64,000 nt of DNA. Origin: a virus. A model generated the notes under the pieces. It searched no databases, was not told the DNA's origin, and was given only the letters and a program-made list of their open reading frames with translations. Positions within the stretch are counted from its first letter, which is position 1, and each line of letters opens with the position of its first letter. The translations under genes were made by a program, and so were the position numbers. The DNA lies in the IMG/VR virus record IMGVR_UViG_3300013102_000032, positions 8,609 through 72,608 of that record; one strand, written 5' to 3'. Shown here in pieces: positions 20,183 through 28,611 of this stretch.

Positions 20183-20659
20183 CTATTCTATGTATTCAAA
20201 ATTTATTCGTAAAACATAACCTTTGCCATCTTCACCTTCATAATATTCATGCTCTGAATCACAAGACATGCAGAATGTAGTAAATTCATCCACTAAGTTA
20301 TTCTTTCTACTTCCACAACTAGGACATATATCAAGAGTAAACTCGCCATCAATCCTAGTATAAACACTCTCTTCACTAGGTTTCTCCTTGATGGCTTGAC
20401 CAAATTTAACACATGCTTTTTTAACTGTATTTGCATTAATATTTAACTCTCTTGCAATGTCGCTTCTAGAAGCACCGTTGATATCACGCTCTGCTACAAT
20501 CTTTTTAAATTCATCGTTGAAGGTATTCTTTGTACGACTTTCATCTTTATATTTTAGCAACTCTTCTATTACGTTATCTTCGCTCAGCCCAAGCATTTCA
20601 GAAATAACTTGTATTGAGTCTCCGCTAGAGTAAGATTCTAAAATTCTATCTAATGTCAT
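20183..20659 (-). CDS. HTH + zinc-ribbon protein
   Basis: SRSDIARELNINANTV HTH; CPSC...CMSC. Confidence 0.65.
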   Translation of the reverse strand: MTLDRILESYSSGDSIQVISEMLGLSEDNVIEELLKYKDESRTKNTFNDEFKKIVAERDINGASRSDIARELNINANTVKKACVKFGQAIKEKPSEESVYTRIDGEFTLDICPSCGSRKNNLVDEFTTFCMSCDSEHEYYEGEDGKGYVLRINFEYIE

Positions 20660-20683
20660 AACTGTTGCAACCTTCCTGTATGA

Positions 20684-21124
20684 TTATTGCTTAGATTTAT
20701 ATAAATCACTCGCCATCTTTGAAACTACTTTCATATCAGTCTTTCCTTTTAATTTACTTGACAATTCTTTAATAGCATCTCCGATTTTACCATTAGATGC
20801 AATAATAGAATCAACAACCTGTTTTACAATTTCAGAAGCTTCTTCTAATGTAAGTTGCTTTGGCAAGTAAGAGAATAGCAATTCTTTCTCTGCGTTTTGG
20901 CTTTCTACGCTACGACCTACCGCAACATATGATTCGATCTCTTTATCTAATTCTTTGATACTCTTAGAGATAACAGATTCAACTTGTTCATTAGTCAAAG
21001 TGGATTTGTTTGCAATCTGTTCTTTCTCAATCTTAGCTAAAAGTAATTGCAATGTAGCACGTTTAGCCTTGTCTCCACTCTTCATAGCCTCAATACGATT
21101 TTGTTTAATTTTTTCTAACAACAT
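20684..21124 (-). CDS. GatB/YqeY domain protein
   Basis: AMKSGDK...YLPKQLTLEE...LKGKTDMKVVS. Confidence 0.88.
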   Translation of the reverse strand: MLLEKIKQNRIEAMKSGDKAKRATLQLLLAKIEKEQIANKSTLTNEQVESVISKSIKELDKEIESYVAVGRSVESQNAEKELLFSYLPKQLTLEEASEIVKQVVDSIIASNGKIGDAIKELSSKLKGKTDMKVVSKMASDLYKSKQ

Positions 21125-21155
21125 AACATCAAATCCTCTCGTTTAATATATACTA

Positions 21156-21184
21156 AGTATATCATTATTTTTTATGTTTGTCAA
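21156..21184 (-). promoter_or_regulatory. sigmaA-type promoter
   Basis: TTGACA-17-TATACT with AATAATGA. Confidence 0.75.
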
Positions 21185-21237
21185 CACTTTTTAAAAATTA
21201 AACACTTTATATTTTTCTATAAAGTGTTTAATAGTAA

Positions 21238-21543
21238 TTACTTGAAATGAATTTTAACTTCTTCGATAATGCTAAACTCTAACTCTTCTGTTTTTCGCTC
21301 TAATCGTTTTCCGATTAAGAATACGTCAATCAAAGCCCAGATTCCAAGACCTCCAAGAGTTAGAAGTTGTCCTATGCCAACTCCAACATCGCCTAAGTAG
21401 AATCGATGTCCTCCAAATATTCCTAAAAACCACCAAAGCAGATACATTACAACTTTGTTCTTCTGTTTCTTTTCTAGTTCACTCTGCACAATAGATAATT
21501 GCTCAGAAGACAGTTGTCTTTTTAAGAAAATATTATGACTCAT
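21238..21543 (-). CDS. TM2 domain membrane protein
   Basis: YLLWWFLGIFGGHRFYLG...LTLGGLGIWALID. Confidence 0.9.
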   Translation of the reverse strand: MSHNIFLKRQLSSEQLSIVQSELEKKQKNKVVMYLLWWFLGIFGGHRFYLGDVGVGIGQLLTLGGLGIWALIDVFLIGKRLERKTEELEFSIIEEVKIHFK

Positions 21544-21584
21544 AATAAAGACCTCGTTTCTATATGTTTTTTTACTACATTAAT

Positions 21585-21613
21585 AGAATATCATAATCTT
21601 TATCTTTTGTCAA
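21585..21613 (-). promoter_or_regulatory. sigmaA-type promoter
   Basis: TTGACA-17-TATTCT, TG extended. Confidence 0.6.
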
Positions 21614-21616
21614 CTA

Positions 21617-21850
21617 TTATTTAATCTTTTTACCATCTTTAAATCGTTGGATGTTGCTAGGTTTTTCTAGGGTAGCCATATGTTGTACAATCTTTACTTT
21701 AAGCAACATTAACTCATCGGTTTCTTTGTCTTTATTAATATAAAGACTAGGGTGACGGTCTTTCATCTTATAGTTTAATGAAATGCTACCGTCAATTAAG
21801 TCTCTGAGAGTCTCTAGTTCATAAAATGTAAAACTGTTTAAGTCTATCAT
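21617..21850 (-). CDS. Hypothetical protein
   Basis: Start reassigned to ATG after AGAGGTGG RBS (MIDLNSF...). Confidence 0.55.
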   Translation of the reverse strand: MIDLNSFTFYELETLRDLIDGSISLNYKMKDRHPSLYINKDKETDELMLLKVKIVQHMATLEKPSNIQRFKDGKKIK

Positions 21851-21869
21851 GTATCCACCTCTTATGATA

Positions 21870-23381
21870 TTATCCGTGTAGGATTTGTCGAATCTCAGCA
21901 AGCGATTGGTCACGCTTTAACTCACCATCTTCAAATACTGTTTCAAGAAGATTAACAAACGATTTCTCCAATTTTGCTTCTGATTCTTTAGTAAGACCAT
22001 CTTGGAAGACAATATTAGCACCTGTAGTCTTGGTGACAAATACTCGCCCACGCTGACTACGCTTAGTGCCATCATCAGTCTTAGGGTCTTTAAACAGTAA
22101 TTTCTCTTCGCCATTTACCTGTGTCCATGTAGCTTTGATCGCCTGTCCCCAAGTATCTCTAGTTACGTATTGGTAAGTATAACTTCCGATACCTAGTACA
22201 ATATTGGTTGATGCAAATCCTTTAGCTTCTAATCTACTCATAATTGTTTCAGCACGCTCTAGAGTAATAGAATCTCCATAGATTGCACCAATATGAGGGT
22301 CTAGTAATTTATATCCTTTATCAGTGATTATACCACCAAAGATATCCCACAATGCTTCAATCAAACCTTTTCTTTCTAATTCAGTTTCAGCATTTGGACT
22401 ACCGCAAATGATATCCTCTGGTGTTCCACTATCTGGTCGAATAACAATTCGTCCATCACGATTCATAATTTCATTTTTAAGTCGTGGAAGGGTTTCTCCG
22501 ATTACTTTCCAGAAGTCATAAGTATCGGATACGATAGATAAGAATCCGCTTGGCACTCTATTTAAAAGATGTTTATAAGCATCATACTCATCTCGCTCGC
22601 CATCCGCAAGAGTTAATGAAGACATGATAGAATGCTCTGTAGCAACAATACTAACGCCTACAATTTCTTTCTCAACATCTGCATTGTAATAGTTTTCAAG
22701 ATAAGAAATAGAAGGAATGCTATCAGTACCATAAGATGATAATAAGTGACCTGCTCCACTAGACATTGCAGACTCTAAAGAAGACATTCCACGCATACTG
22801 AAATCATGTGCTTGAAACTCTACTCCATCTGTATTACCAACTGTTTTCATAGCATACTCATTTAATATTTTACGATATTGATATGCAGTAGTGGCAGATG
22901 TAATCGGCAACCAAACCTCGGTAGAAATTAAAGTCTCTAAATAGTTTGTAAGCCAGAAAAAGTTATTATGAGTATTTTCGATTGTTAATACAGGCACTTT
23001 GACTGGTGAAAGAGTTCCCTCTTTTAAAGCTTTGAGTCGGATAGGTAAATATCCTAAATCATGCAATTCAGCAATATGAGAAGCATCTGGATTCTCTACT
23101 CCTAAAGCATACTTGATAATTCGTACATACTCAGCGATCACATCCGCTTTTGGTCTACTAAAGAAGTATTCGTTGAAGTAGTTGATTAAATATTTCTTAA
23201 CGAATCCTTGAATACCAAATACCACAACTTTATTTGCAATTGGGAAGTATTTATTACTTCGTGGTGTTAGTGTACTATAAATTCGTTCTGTTCCATTGGG
23301 GTATAAATCCTTATGTCCGACCTTATAGAAATCGCAGAGTAATGTTGGTGGTACTAAGAATTTTTCTGTTGTTTTTTTCAT
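21870..23381 (-). CDS. Nicotinamide phosphoribosyltransferase-like protein (NadV/Namat)
   Basis: CDFYKVGH, HDFSMRG, ATEHS, SIVSDTYD, IRPDSG, IYGDSIT, KDPKTDDGTK. Confidence 0.92.
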   Translation of the reverse strand: MKKTTEKFLVPPTLLCDFYKVGHKDLYPNGTERIYSTLTPRSNKYFPIANKVVVFGIQGFVKKYLINYFNEYFFSRPKADVIAEYVRIIKYALGVENPDASHIAELHDLGYLPIRLKALKEGTLSPVKVPVLTIENTHNNFFWLTNYLETLISTEVWLPITSATTAYQYRKILNEYAMKTVGNTDGVEFQAHDFSMRGMSSLESAMSSGAGHLLSSYGTDSIPSISYLENYYNADVEKEIVGVSIVATEHSIMSSLTLADGERDEYDAYKHLLNRVPSGFLSIVSDTYDFWKVIGETLPRLKNEIMNRDGRIVIRPDSGTPEDIICGSPNAETELERKGLIEALWDIFGGIITDKGYKLLDPHIGAIYGDSITLERAETIMSRLEAKGFASTNIVLGIGSYTYQYVTRDTWGQAIKATWTQVNGEEKLLFKDPKTDDGTKRSQRGRVFVTKTTGANIVFQDGLTKESEAKLEKSFVNLLETVFEDGELKRDQSLAEIRQILHG

Positions 23382-23427
23382 ATTTGTAATCTCCCTTTTG
23401 TTTGTTTTTAGTTTTTATAATTTTATA

Positions 23428-24270
23428 TTATCCGTTTAATACTTCTTCGATATTATAGATTTGTAATTGCTCTTTAAATTTAGCATTCTCCCAATTTCCT
23501 TGCTCTGTTAAAATCGTGTCTGTTGTGAATACTTTATCAACATGGTCAAATAGCTCACCTTTGAAGATACTGTTTTCAGCATGTGCCACTAGTAAATAGA
23601 TTTTCTCAAAACCTTCCGCACGTAAGCGTTTAGCACTATGTACAAAAGTTCCTCCATAAGACGATAAATCATCAACAATTATAGCAGTTTTTCCTTGCTT
23701 GTCTTTGTTTCCAATTAAATCTAATCCTTGGATTTCACCTGTTTTAAAATCTCTTACCTTATGACCAATTAAAACATTGTCTGTCTTCATATTTTTATAC
23801 CTCCGTGATGCACCTAAATCTGGAAACATGATATAATCTTTCTCTATATCAAATCCAACCTCTTCCATCACTTTAGGCAATAAGTCAAAGTTGATAAATT
23901 TAGATTCAACGTTATTTAGTAAAGCAGGAGTAACGTCAGAATGAGGTTCAATAACTACGACCTTACTAAAATTCATTTCGTTAATGAAATTAGACACATA
24001 CTTTAACGTAAACGGAGATCCCTCTTCACTTCTATCCATTCGACTATAAGGCATGTAATAGATTGTCAGTTTAACTGCATCTATTCCAAAGAATGAATCT
24101 AGATAATTTTTTACAAACCGTAGTTTAATCAAATCTGAATCGTCTTCGAATTTGAAATGTATCTTTGGAAACATTAGCGGAATACCTTTTTCAATACTGT
24201 CATGTACTAATTTTGTTTCTCCGTTTGGAAATTTCTCGAATACAACTTCTTTACCGTTTACTTTAATCAT
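23428..24270 (-). CDS. Ribose-phosphate pyrophosphokinase-like protein (PRS/Adps)
   Basis: FPNGET, YMPYSRMDR, EPHS, FPDLGA, IVDDLSSYGGTF. Confidence 0.9.
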   Translation of the reverse strand: MIKVNGKEVVFEKFPNGETKLVHDSIEKGIPLMFPKIHFKFEDDSDLIKLRFVKNYLDSFFGIDAVKLTIYYMPYSRMDRSEEGSPFTLKYVSNFINEMNFSKVVVIEPHSDVTPALLNNVESKFINFDLLPKVMEEVGFDIEKDYIMFPDLGASRRYKNMKTDNVLIGHKVRDFKTGEIQGLDLIGNKDKQGKTAIIVDDLSSYGGTFVHSAKRLRAEGFEKIYLLVAHAENSIFKGELFDHVDKVFTTDTILTEQGNWENAKFKEQLQIYNIEEVLNG

Positions 24271-24493
24271 TTGTCTTACCTCCGTCTTTTAATTTATTCC
24301 CCACTGATATCAAAGCCCACGATAATAAAACTATAATAATACTACTAGTAATCATCGTTAGTATTAATGGTGTAAGCATTCCTGCAATTGCAAATATTAA
24401 AATTTCTAAAGCATATATAAAAGCTAAAGTTGGATAGAAGTGCTTTGAATTAATGACCTTATAAAGTTTTTTAATAAATTTCATTGTCACCAT
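24263..24493 (-). CDS. Small membrane protein
   Basis: Two TM segments; overlaps PRS-like start. Confidence 0.6.
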   Translation of the reverse strand: MVTMKFIKKLYKVINSKHFYPTLAFIYALEILIFAIAGMLTPLILTMITSSIIIVLLSWALISVGNKLKDGGKTND

Positions 24494-24511
24494 CTCCTTT
24501 TCTATATACTT

Positions 24512-24540
24512 AGTATATCATTATATTTTGTTTTTGTCAA
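24512..24540 (-). promoter_or_regulatory. sigmaA-type promoter of PRS/NAMPT operon
   Basis: TTGACA-17-TATACT with ATAATGA. Confidence 0.75.
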
Positions 24541-24544
24541 CAGT

Positions 24545-25009
24545 TTATTTACTTCTTTTAAATAACTTTTTAAACCATGATTGAGATTCTTTTTCTATCA
24601 TTTCTTCTACTTCTACTTCCATTCGTTCTTTATGCTCTCGATAAGCTCTCTCCGCAATCTCCTTGCTCTTCTCTGTTTTATCATCTATAATTCTTTCGAT
24701 AATATGAGAAGTAGAGTATATGAATAGATTCTCAGTAGTCCTAATACGCTTTGTAATTGTAACATGCTCATCTATTTCATTAATATATATACTATCTCCC
24801 ACTTCCATTATAGGCAGTGTTAATATTCCTTCCCATAACTTTTCTTCTCCTACTATATTGTCATATTCATAGATGCGAGAATCTGCATTATAATCATAAC
24901 AACGATGGTAATTCATGTGTGACATAAAAAACATACCACTATATCTTCCATATTCGTACATCTTCCTTACTTTCATACCATTTATTATTGAATTATATGT
25001 TTGATTCAT
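24545..25009 (-). CDS. Hypothetical protein
   Basis: AGGAGG RBS; C-terminal amphipathic WFKKLF. Confidence 0.6.
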   Translation of the reverse strand: MNQTYNSIINGMKVRKMYEYGRYSGMFFMSHMNYHRCYDYNADSRIYEYDNIVGEEKLWEGILTLPIMEVGDSIYINEIDEHVTITKRIRTTENLFIYSTSHIIERIIDDKTEKSKEIAERAYREHKERMEVEVEEMIEKESQSWFKKLFKRSK

Positions 25010-25024
25010 TTTGTTTCCTCCTGT

Positions 25025-25042
25025 ATAAAATTCCTATTTTAT
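25025..25042. repeat. Palindromic junction element ATAAAA-TTCCTA-TTTTAT(C)
   Basis: Directly upstream of the RBS of 24545..25009. Confidence 0.7.
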
Positions 25043-25084
25043 CAAGTATTCTACATGCTTAAAATCACCTCAAAAGAGATGATT

Positions 25085-25438
25085 TTAATTTTCGTAAATT
25101 ACCTGTTTTAGCTTAAACCATATCATACAATCGAAATCTGATAAATAATGAGATTTATCTAGGTCATCTACTATGTATTGTCCATCATTGTTTTCATATA
25201 CAAAATATTCTTTTCCGCTTGTTATGTTTACTGGATTACTACAGTTTAGGACAGCTATTAAAATATGATTAGTTTTGTTTCTTTCATATTCTTCCATTTT
25301 CTTTGCCTGCCCAATTATCCAAGACAATAAATCATAATCCTCTGTAGAGAAGTATACTGGACTGTCGAGCGTATAGGCGAATTTAATATAATCTAAAAAT
25401 AATTCGGCATCTTTAATCTTATCGATATTATTCTTCAT
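25085..25438 (-). CDS. Hypothetical protein
   Basis: RBS and promoter upstream. Confidence 0.6.
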   Translation of the reverse strand: MKNNIDKIKDAELFLDYIKFAYTLDSPVYFSTEDYDLLSWIIGQAKKMEEYERNKTNHILIAVLNCSNPVNITSGKEYFVYENNDGQYIVDDLDKSHYLSDFDCMIWFKLKQVIYEN

Positions 25439-25458
25439 AATCTCAACTCCTTATATAC

Positions 25459-25487
25459 ACTATATCATTATTATACTTTCTTGTCAA
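25459..25487 (-). promoter_or_regulatory. sigmaA-type promoter
   Basis: TTGACA-17-TATAGT with ATAATGA. Confidence 0.7.
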
Positions 25488-25502
25488 CAACCAAATCATC
25501 TC

Positions 25503-25802
25503 CTATTTTATCGGCTTTGTAAAAATAAAATATCCTTTAGTTGAATTATTGCTTGACAAATTTGGATCTGATTCTACGTCTAAGATCTCTAAGTCGGTAT
25601 TTTCATTTAAAAACGTCTTATAACTTTTAGGAAAGTCCATATTAGAATCTCCTCGTTCTATATAATAAAGATTACCATCTATCAAGGTAGTGTATGCGGA
25701 TATAGAATTTTCACCAACGTTGTCTACATTAGTATACGGTTCGCCTTGACATCCAATTAACATAAATGCAGAAATCATTGTAATTGCTATAAGTTTTTTC
25801 AT
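25503..25802 (-). CDS. Lipoprotein
   Basis: MKK-hydrophobic-LIGC lipobox. Confidence 0.75.
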   Translation of the reverse strand: MKKLIAITMISAFMLIGCQGEPYTNVDNVGENSISAYTTLIDGNLYYIERGDSNMDFPKSYKTFLNENTDLEILDVESDPNLSSNNSTKGYFIFTKPIK

Positions 25803-25813
25803 CTAGTCATCTC

Positions 25814-26317
25814 CTATTTTAAAAATAGTCTCTTTATTAAATTTAAGTCTTTATTTAATTCGCTTCTAATTCTAGTCAGTCTTCCGCAAAATTCACTATT
25901 AGTTAATACAGTTTTACTAGGGTCTTTCTTGCCCATTGAATGCGTTAGAGTTGCTTTGCCTGTGGCTAATAGAGCTTTGCAAAACTTATCGTTCTTAGCC
26001 AGTCGATCAAACGCTTTATCTAAGAGTTCTTGATAACGATCACTGTGACGGTCAATTTCTTCGCCCTTCCAGTATAATGTCTGAGTACGATACCAATTCT
26101 TTTTCTTGCCTTTAAACTTGGCTTGCTTGCCAACCAACGTGCAAACGTGTATTTGCATTTCTGGATTAGAATATTTTAATGATTGCAAAAAACCTTCCAT
26201 TGAAGCACATTGAACTCCATCAATCTCAAAATTATGAGGTGAAAAGTTGCTAAGTGCTGATTCTGGATATCCATTACCGCTACCTATGTCCATATTTATC
26301 TCTCCTTTATAGTTCAT
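25814..26317 (-). CDS. NADAR-like protein (T4 gp30.3-like)
   Basis: ALSNFSPH.FEIDGV...SMEGFLQSLK...KALLATG..LTH. Confidence 0.7.
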   Translation of the reverse strand: MNYKGEINMDIGSGNGYPESALSNFSPHNFEIDGVQCASMEGFLQSLKYSNPEMQIHVCTLVGKQAKFKGKKKNWYRTQTLYWKGEEIDRHSDRYQELLDKAFDRLAKNDKFCKALLATGKATLTHSMGKKDPSKTVLTNSEFCGRLTRIRSELNKDLNLIKRLFLK

Positions 26318-26622
26318 CCTTTTAATGATTTTAAGAAATCTATGTCATCCTCTATCTTTTTTAACTCTGATTTTTTCAAAGTCAATTCTTCGTCTAATTT
26401 TTTTAATCTATCAAATTCAAGAGTCCATCTCCAAACGTCATTTTTTATATAACGCCTAATCATAACTCCTTTAAGCCATACTTGTAGGTATAAAACTTTA
26501 TAAGGTAAATCGATATTAATATTAAAAGCAAACACTTTATCTTGCCCTGCATATAATGTATCTTGCTCTTTTTTGTCTATTTTTGTTCCGATTACAACAT
26601 ATGTTTCTTCCATTATTATCAC
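26314..26622 (-). CDS. Hypothetical protein
   Basis: ORF with RBS, C-terminal coiled coil. Confidence 0.55.
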   Translation of the reverse strand: MIIMEETYVVIGTKIDKKEQDTLYAGQDKVFAFNINIDLPYKVLYLQVWLKGVMIRRYIKNDVWRWTLEFDRLKKLDEELTLKKSELKKIEDDIDFLKSLKG

Positions 26623-26721
26623 TCACCTTTTATTTTTGTTAAAGATTCTACCTTGCATAAATCCCAATACGTATACAAACACTGAATATAAGACGAATAC
26701 AATCACTGGAAGTGCAACCAT
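26623..26721 (-). CDS. Small single-TM peptide (not in ORF track)
   Basis: MVALPVIVFVLYSVFVYVLGFMQGRIFNKNKR; GAGG RBS. Confidence 0.5.
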   Translation of the reverse strand: MVALPVIVFVLYSVFVYVLGFMQGRIFNKNKR

Positions 26722-26757
26722 AAGTTCTTCCTCTCTATGTAATTAGTTTTTATAAAT

Positions 26758-26976
26758 CTATAATCTAGTTAAATCGAAAGGAGTAGCTTCTCTTTGTGCT
26801 ATGATAGCAAATAACTCCTGTTCATGACTGTCATTAAGACATTGGTATGTTGCAATACTTTTAACCATCTTCATTCCAAAAACATTTATAAATTCTCTTT
26901 TGCTATTCCAATAAATGCCTTTATCACCGCATCTAGGACATTTGTTTTCGTTCACACGCCAAACGGTTAAATCCAT
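26758..26976 (-). CDS. Hypothetical zinc-ribbon-like protein
   Basis: CPRC...C..H. Confidence 0.55.
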   Translation of the reverse strand: MDLTVWRVNENKCPRCGDKGIYWNSKREFINVFGMKMVKSIATYQCLNDSHEQELFAIIAQREATPFDLTRL

Positions 26977-27007
26977 TACATCATCTCCAATTCATAAAAT
27001 TCAGTTT

Positions 27008-27238
27008 TTATCTAATTGTCATTCTTTCAATGTGAAAAGGATAAGTACCTTCTGAGTATTCTGCACAAGTTTCACAATCGAAACAATTAACTTTAAAGCC
27101 TAAAGGTTTTAGCTTTTCGTTAATGTAGCTTTTTTCTTCTTCGGTTATGATTCGTTTAATACTTCCTTCAACAGTACAATTACTCTTTTCACTCATAGCT
27201 TCATCTAGAAAGCCTTGCAAAGCACTATCTAATTTCAT
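27008..27238 (-). CDS. Hypothetical protein (cassette-like)
   Basis: Stop TAA inside junction element; Cys cluster. Confidence 0.6.
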   Translation of the reverse strand: MKLDSALQGFLDEAMSEKSNCTVEGSIKRIITEEEKSYINEKLKPLGFKVNCFDCETCAEYSEGTYPFHIERMTIR

Positions 27239-27267
27239 ATGTCCACCCCATTCATAAAATTGAGTTT

Positions 27268-27414
27268 TTATACATTTGTGTCTTTTATTCTAATTTTCAA
27301 TATATCCAATGTATCTATAACTCCTTGTGCGAATCCTTCTCCCCATGCACCATCATAAGGGTCAACATCAATTAATTCTAGCAACTGTTTTCGTTGTTCT
27401 TCTGTAATCTGCAT
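27268..27414 (-). CDS. Small hypothetical protein (not in ORF track)
   Basis: MQITEEQRKQLLELIDVDPYDGAWGEGFAQGVIDTLDILKIRIKDTNV; GGGTGA RBS; stop inside element. Confidence 0.65.
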   Translation of the reverse strand: MQITEEQRKQLLELIDVDPYDGAWGEGFAQGVIDTLDILKIRIKDTNV

Positions 27415-27442
27415 ATTATCACCCTTTCATAAAAGTAAACTT

Positions 27443-27592
27443 TTATCTATCATAATCCTTTACGATTACTTCTGCTTCATCAAGCCATTCACTTATATCG
27501 CCATATGAATCGTGAGGAATATCGCCATGCGACCTTAAATCATCGACTTCATTTCTAATATTGTTGATTAATTTTAATAATTCACCTATCAT
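27443..27592 (-). CDS. Small acidic protein (not in ORF track)
   Basis: MIGELLKLINNIRNEVDDLRSHGDIPHDSYGDISEWLDEAEVIVKDYDR; GGAGGG RBS; stop inside element. Confidence 0.65.
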   Translation of the reverse strand: MIGELLKLINNIRNEVDDLRSHGDIPHDSYGDISEWLDEAEVIVKDYDR

Positions 27593-27623
27593 ATTGTCAC
27601 CCTCCATAAAAGTAAATTTTTAT

Positions 27624-27854
27624 CTATTGTTTCCATCTGTCTAATTCGTCTTGATAGTTAGAAATTACAGTATCGAAGCCATTCGACAATTTACCTATCA
27701 CATCTTTACGATGAATATCTTCTGTCCAAATACACTTAGGAAACCAATACTTCCTAGGTTTGTACAACTTATATTTGTACATTGGCGTTATAGAATCTCC
27801 CCAAAATGACACCTTGATTATAAACCCTTTATATTCTTCTTTCATTGTCATCAC
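27624..27854 (-). CDS. Hypothetical protein (cassette-like)
   Basis: TAG abuts element; GGAG RBS. Confidence 0.6.
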   Translation of the reverse strand: MMTMKEEYKGFIIKVSFWGDSITPMYKYKLYKPRKYWFPKCIWTEDIHRKDVIGKLSNGFDTVISNYQDELDRWKQ

Positions 27855-27877
27855 TCCTGTTTAAAATTAAGATTTTA

Positions 27878-28546
27878 TCAATGTGCAGGTACGAATTTAT
27901 TACGGTTTAACTCTTCTATTTCCGCTTTCAATCTAGCTACTTCTTCATAATGCTCTTTGATTTCCCATAAGTGAGGTTCAATTGTAGTCTTTGCTGAATT
28001 GAAATATCCTGCATATCGTGGATATCTAATTCTTCCTTCTTTGAATAATGGGATGAAATGCTTTTCAGTTTCCATAGCTTGTCTAAGCTTTTTCTCTGGC
28101 GTAGCATCTCGTAGCGTTCCGAAATTGTGCTTTCTGTCAGAAGTCTTCAATAATAAAGCTCTTACATCTAATAAAATAGGCTGTAGATAAGCTACCATAT
28201 TCTCATCTATCTTATAGTCAATTCCTTCTTTTTTAGTAACCAAGTCCACCATAACTGCAACATTGCTATTAAATTTATCTTCAATCATTCGATTAGTTAC
28301 TCCGTAGATATCTTCTGGTGCATCGTGCAATAACATTCCAGTAAGAATATCTTGGTTTCTTATTCCATGATTGAATAAATCTTGCGTGGTGGCTACGAGA
28401 TGATAGTAATAGTGAGTGCCGTTATGCCTTGAGAATCCTTTTTCCGTACACATCTCTTCTATCATCCAATCCAAAGCTCTTAGTGAATCATCATACCCTA
28501 AATTAGATAATGACCTTTCTAAATGTCTAACTAAACTTTCACTCAT
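27878..28546 (-). CDS. RelA/SpoT-type HD hydrolase (small alarmone hydrolase/Mesh1-like)
   Basis: RHNGTHYYYHL, LLHDAPED, VDLVTK, LLKTSDRKHN. Confidence 0.8.
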   Translation of the reverse strand: MSESLVRHLERSLSNLGYDDSLRALDWMIEEMCTEKGFSRHNGTHYYYHLVATTQDLFNHGIRNQDILTGMLLHDAPEDIYGVTNRMIEDKFNSNVAVMVDLVTKKEGIDYKIDENMVAYLQPILLDVRALLLKTSDRKHNFGTLRDATPEKKLRQAMETEKHFIPLFKEGRIRYPRYAGYFNSAKTTIEPHLWEIKEHYEEVARLKAEIEELNRNKFVPAH

Positions 28547-28576
28547 ATTCTCGTCCTCCCCATTTGCTTATATCTT

Positions 28577-28605
28577 ATTATATCATTATTAAAAGCTTTT
28601 GTCAA
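28577..28605 (-). promoter_or_regulatory. sigmaA-type promoter heading the cassette-like array
   Basis: TTGACA-17-TATAAT with AATAATGA. Confidence 0.8.
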
Positions 28606-28611
28606 CAGTTT

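Larger units (their letters stand above)
26994..27878. repeat. Five consecutive junction elements at 26994-27011, 27254-27271, 27429-27446, 27606-27623, 27861-27878
   Basis: WTAAAA-N6-TTTTAT with spacers TTCAGT, TTGAGT, GTAAAC, GTAAAT, TTAAGA; each separates two adjacent ORFs. Confidence 0.85.

Noticed and set aside
26994-27878. Junction repeats considered as a CRISPR array
   Set aside because: Repeats have a variable centre, spacing is 175-260 bp and each interval is an intact ORF; no cas genes.
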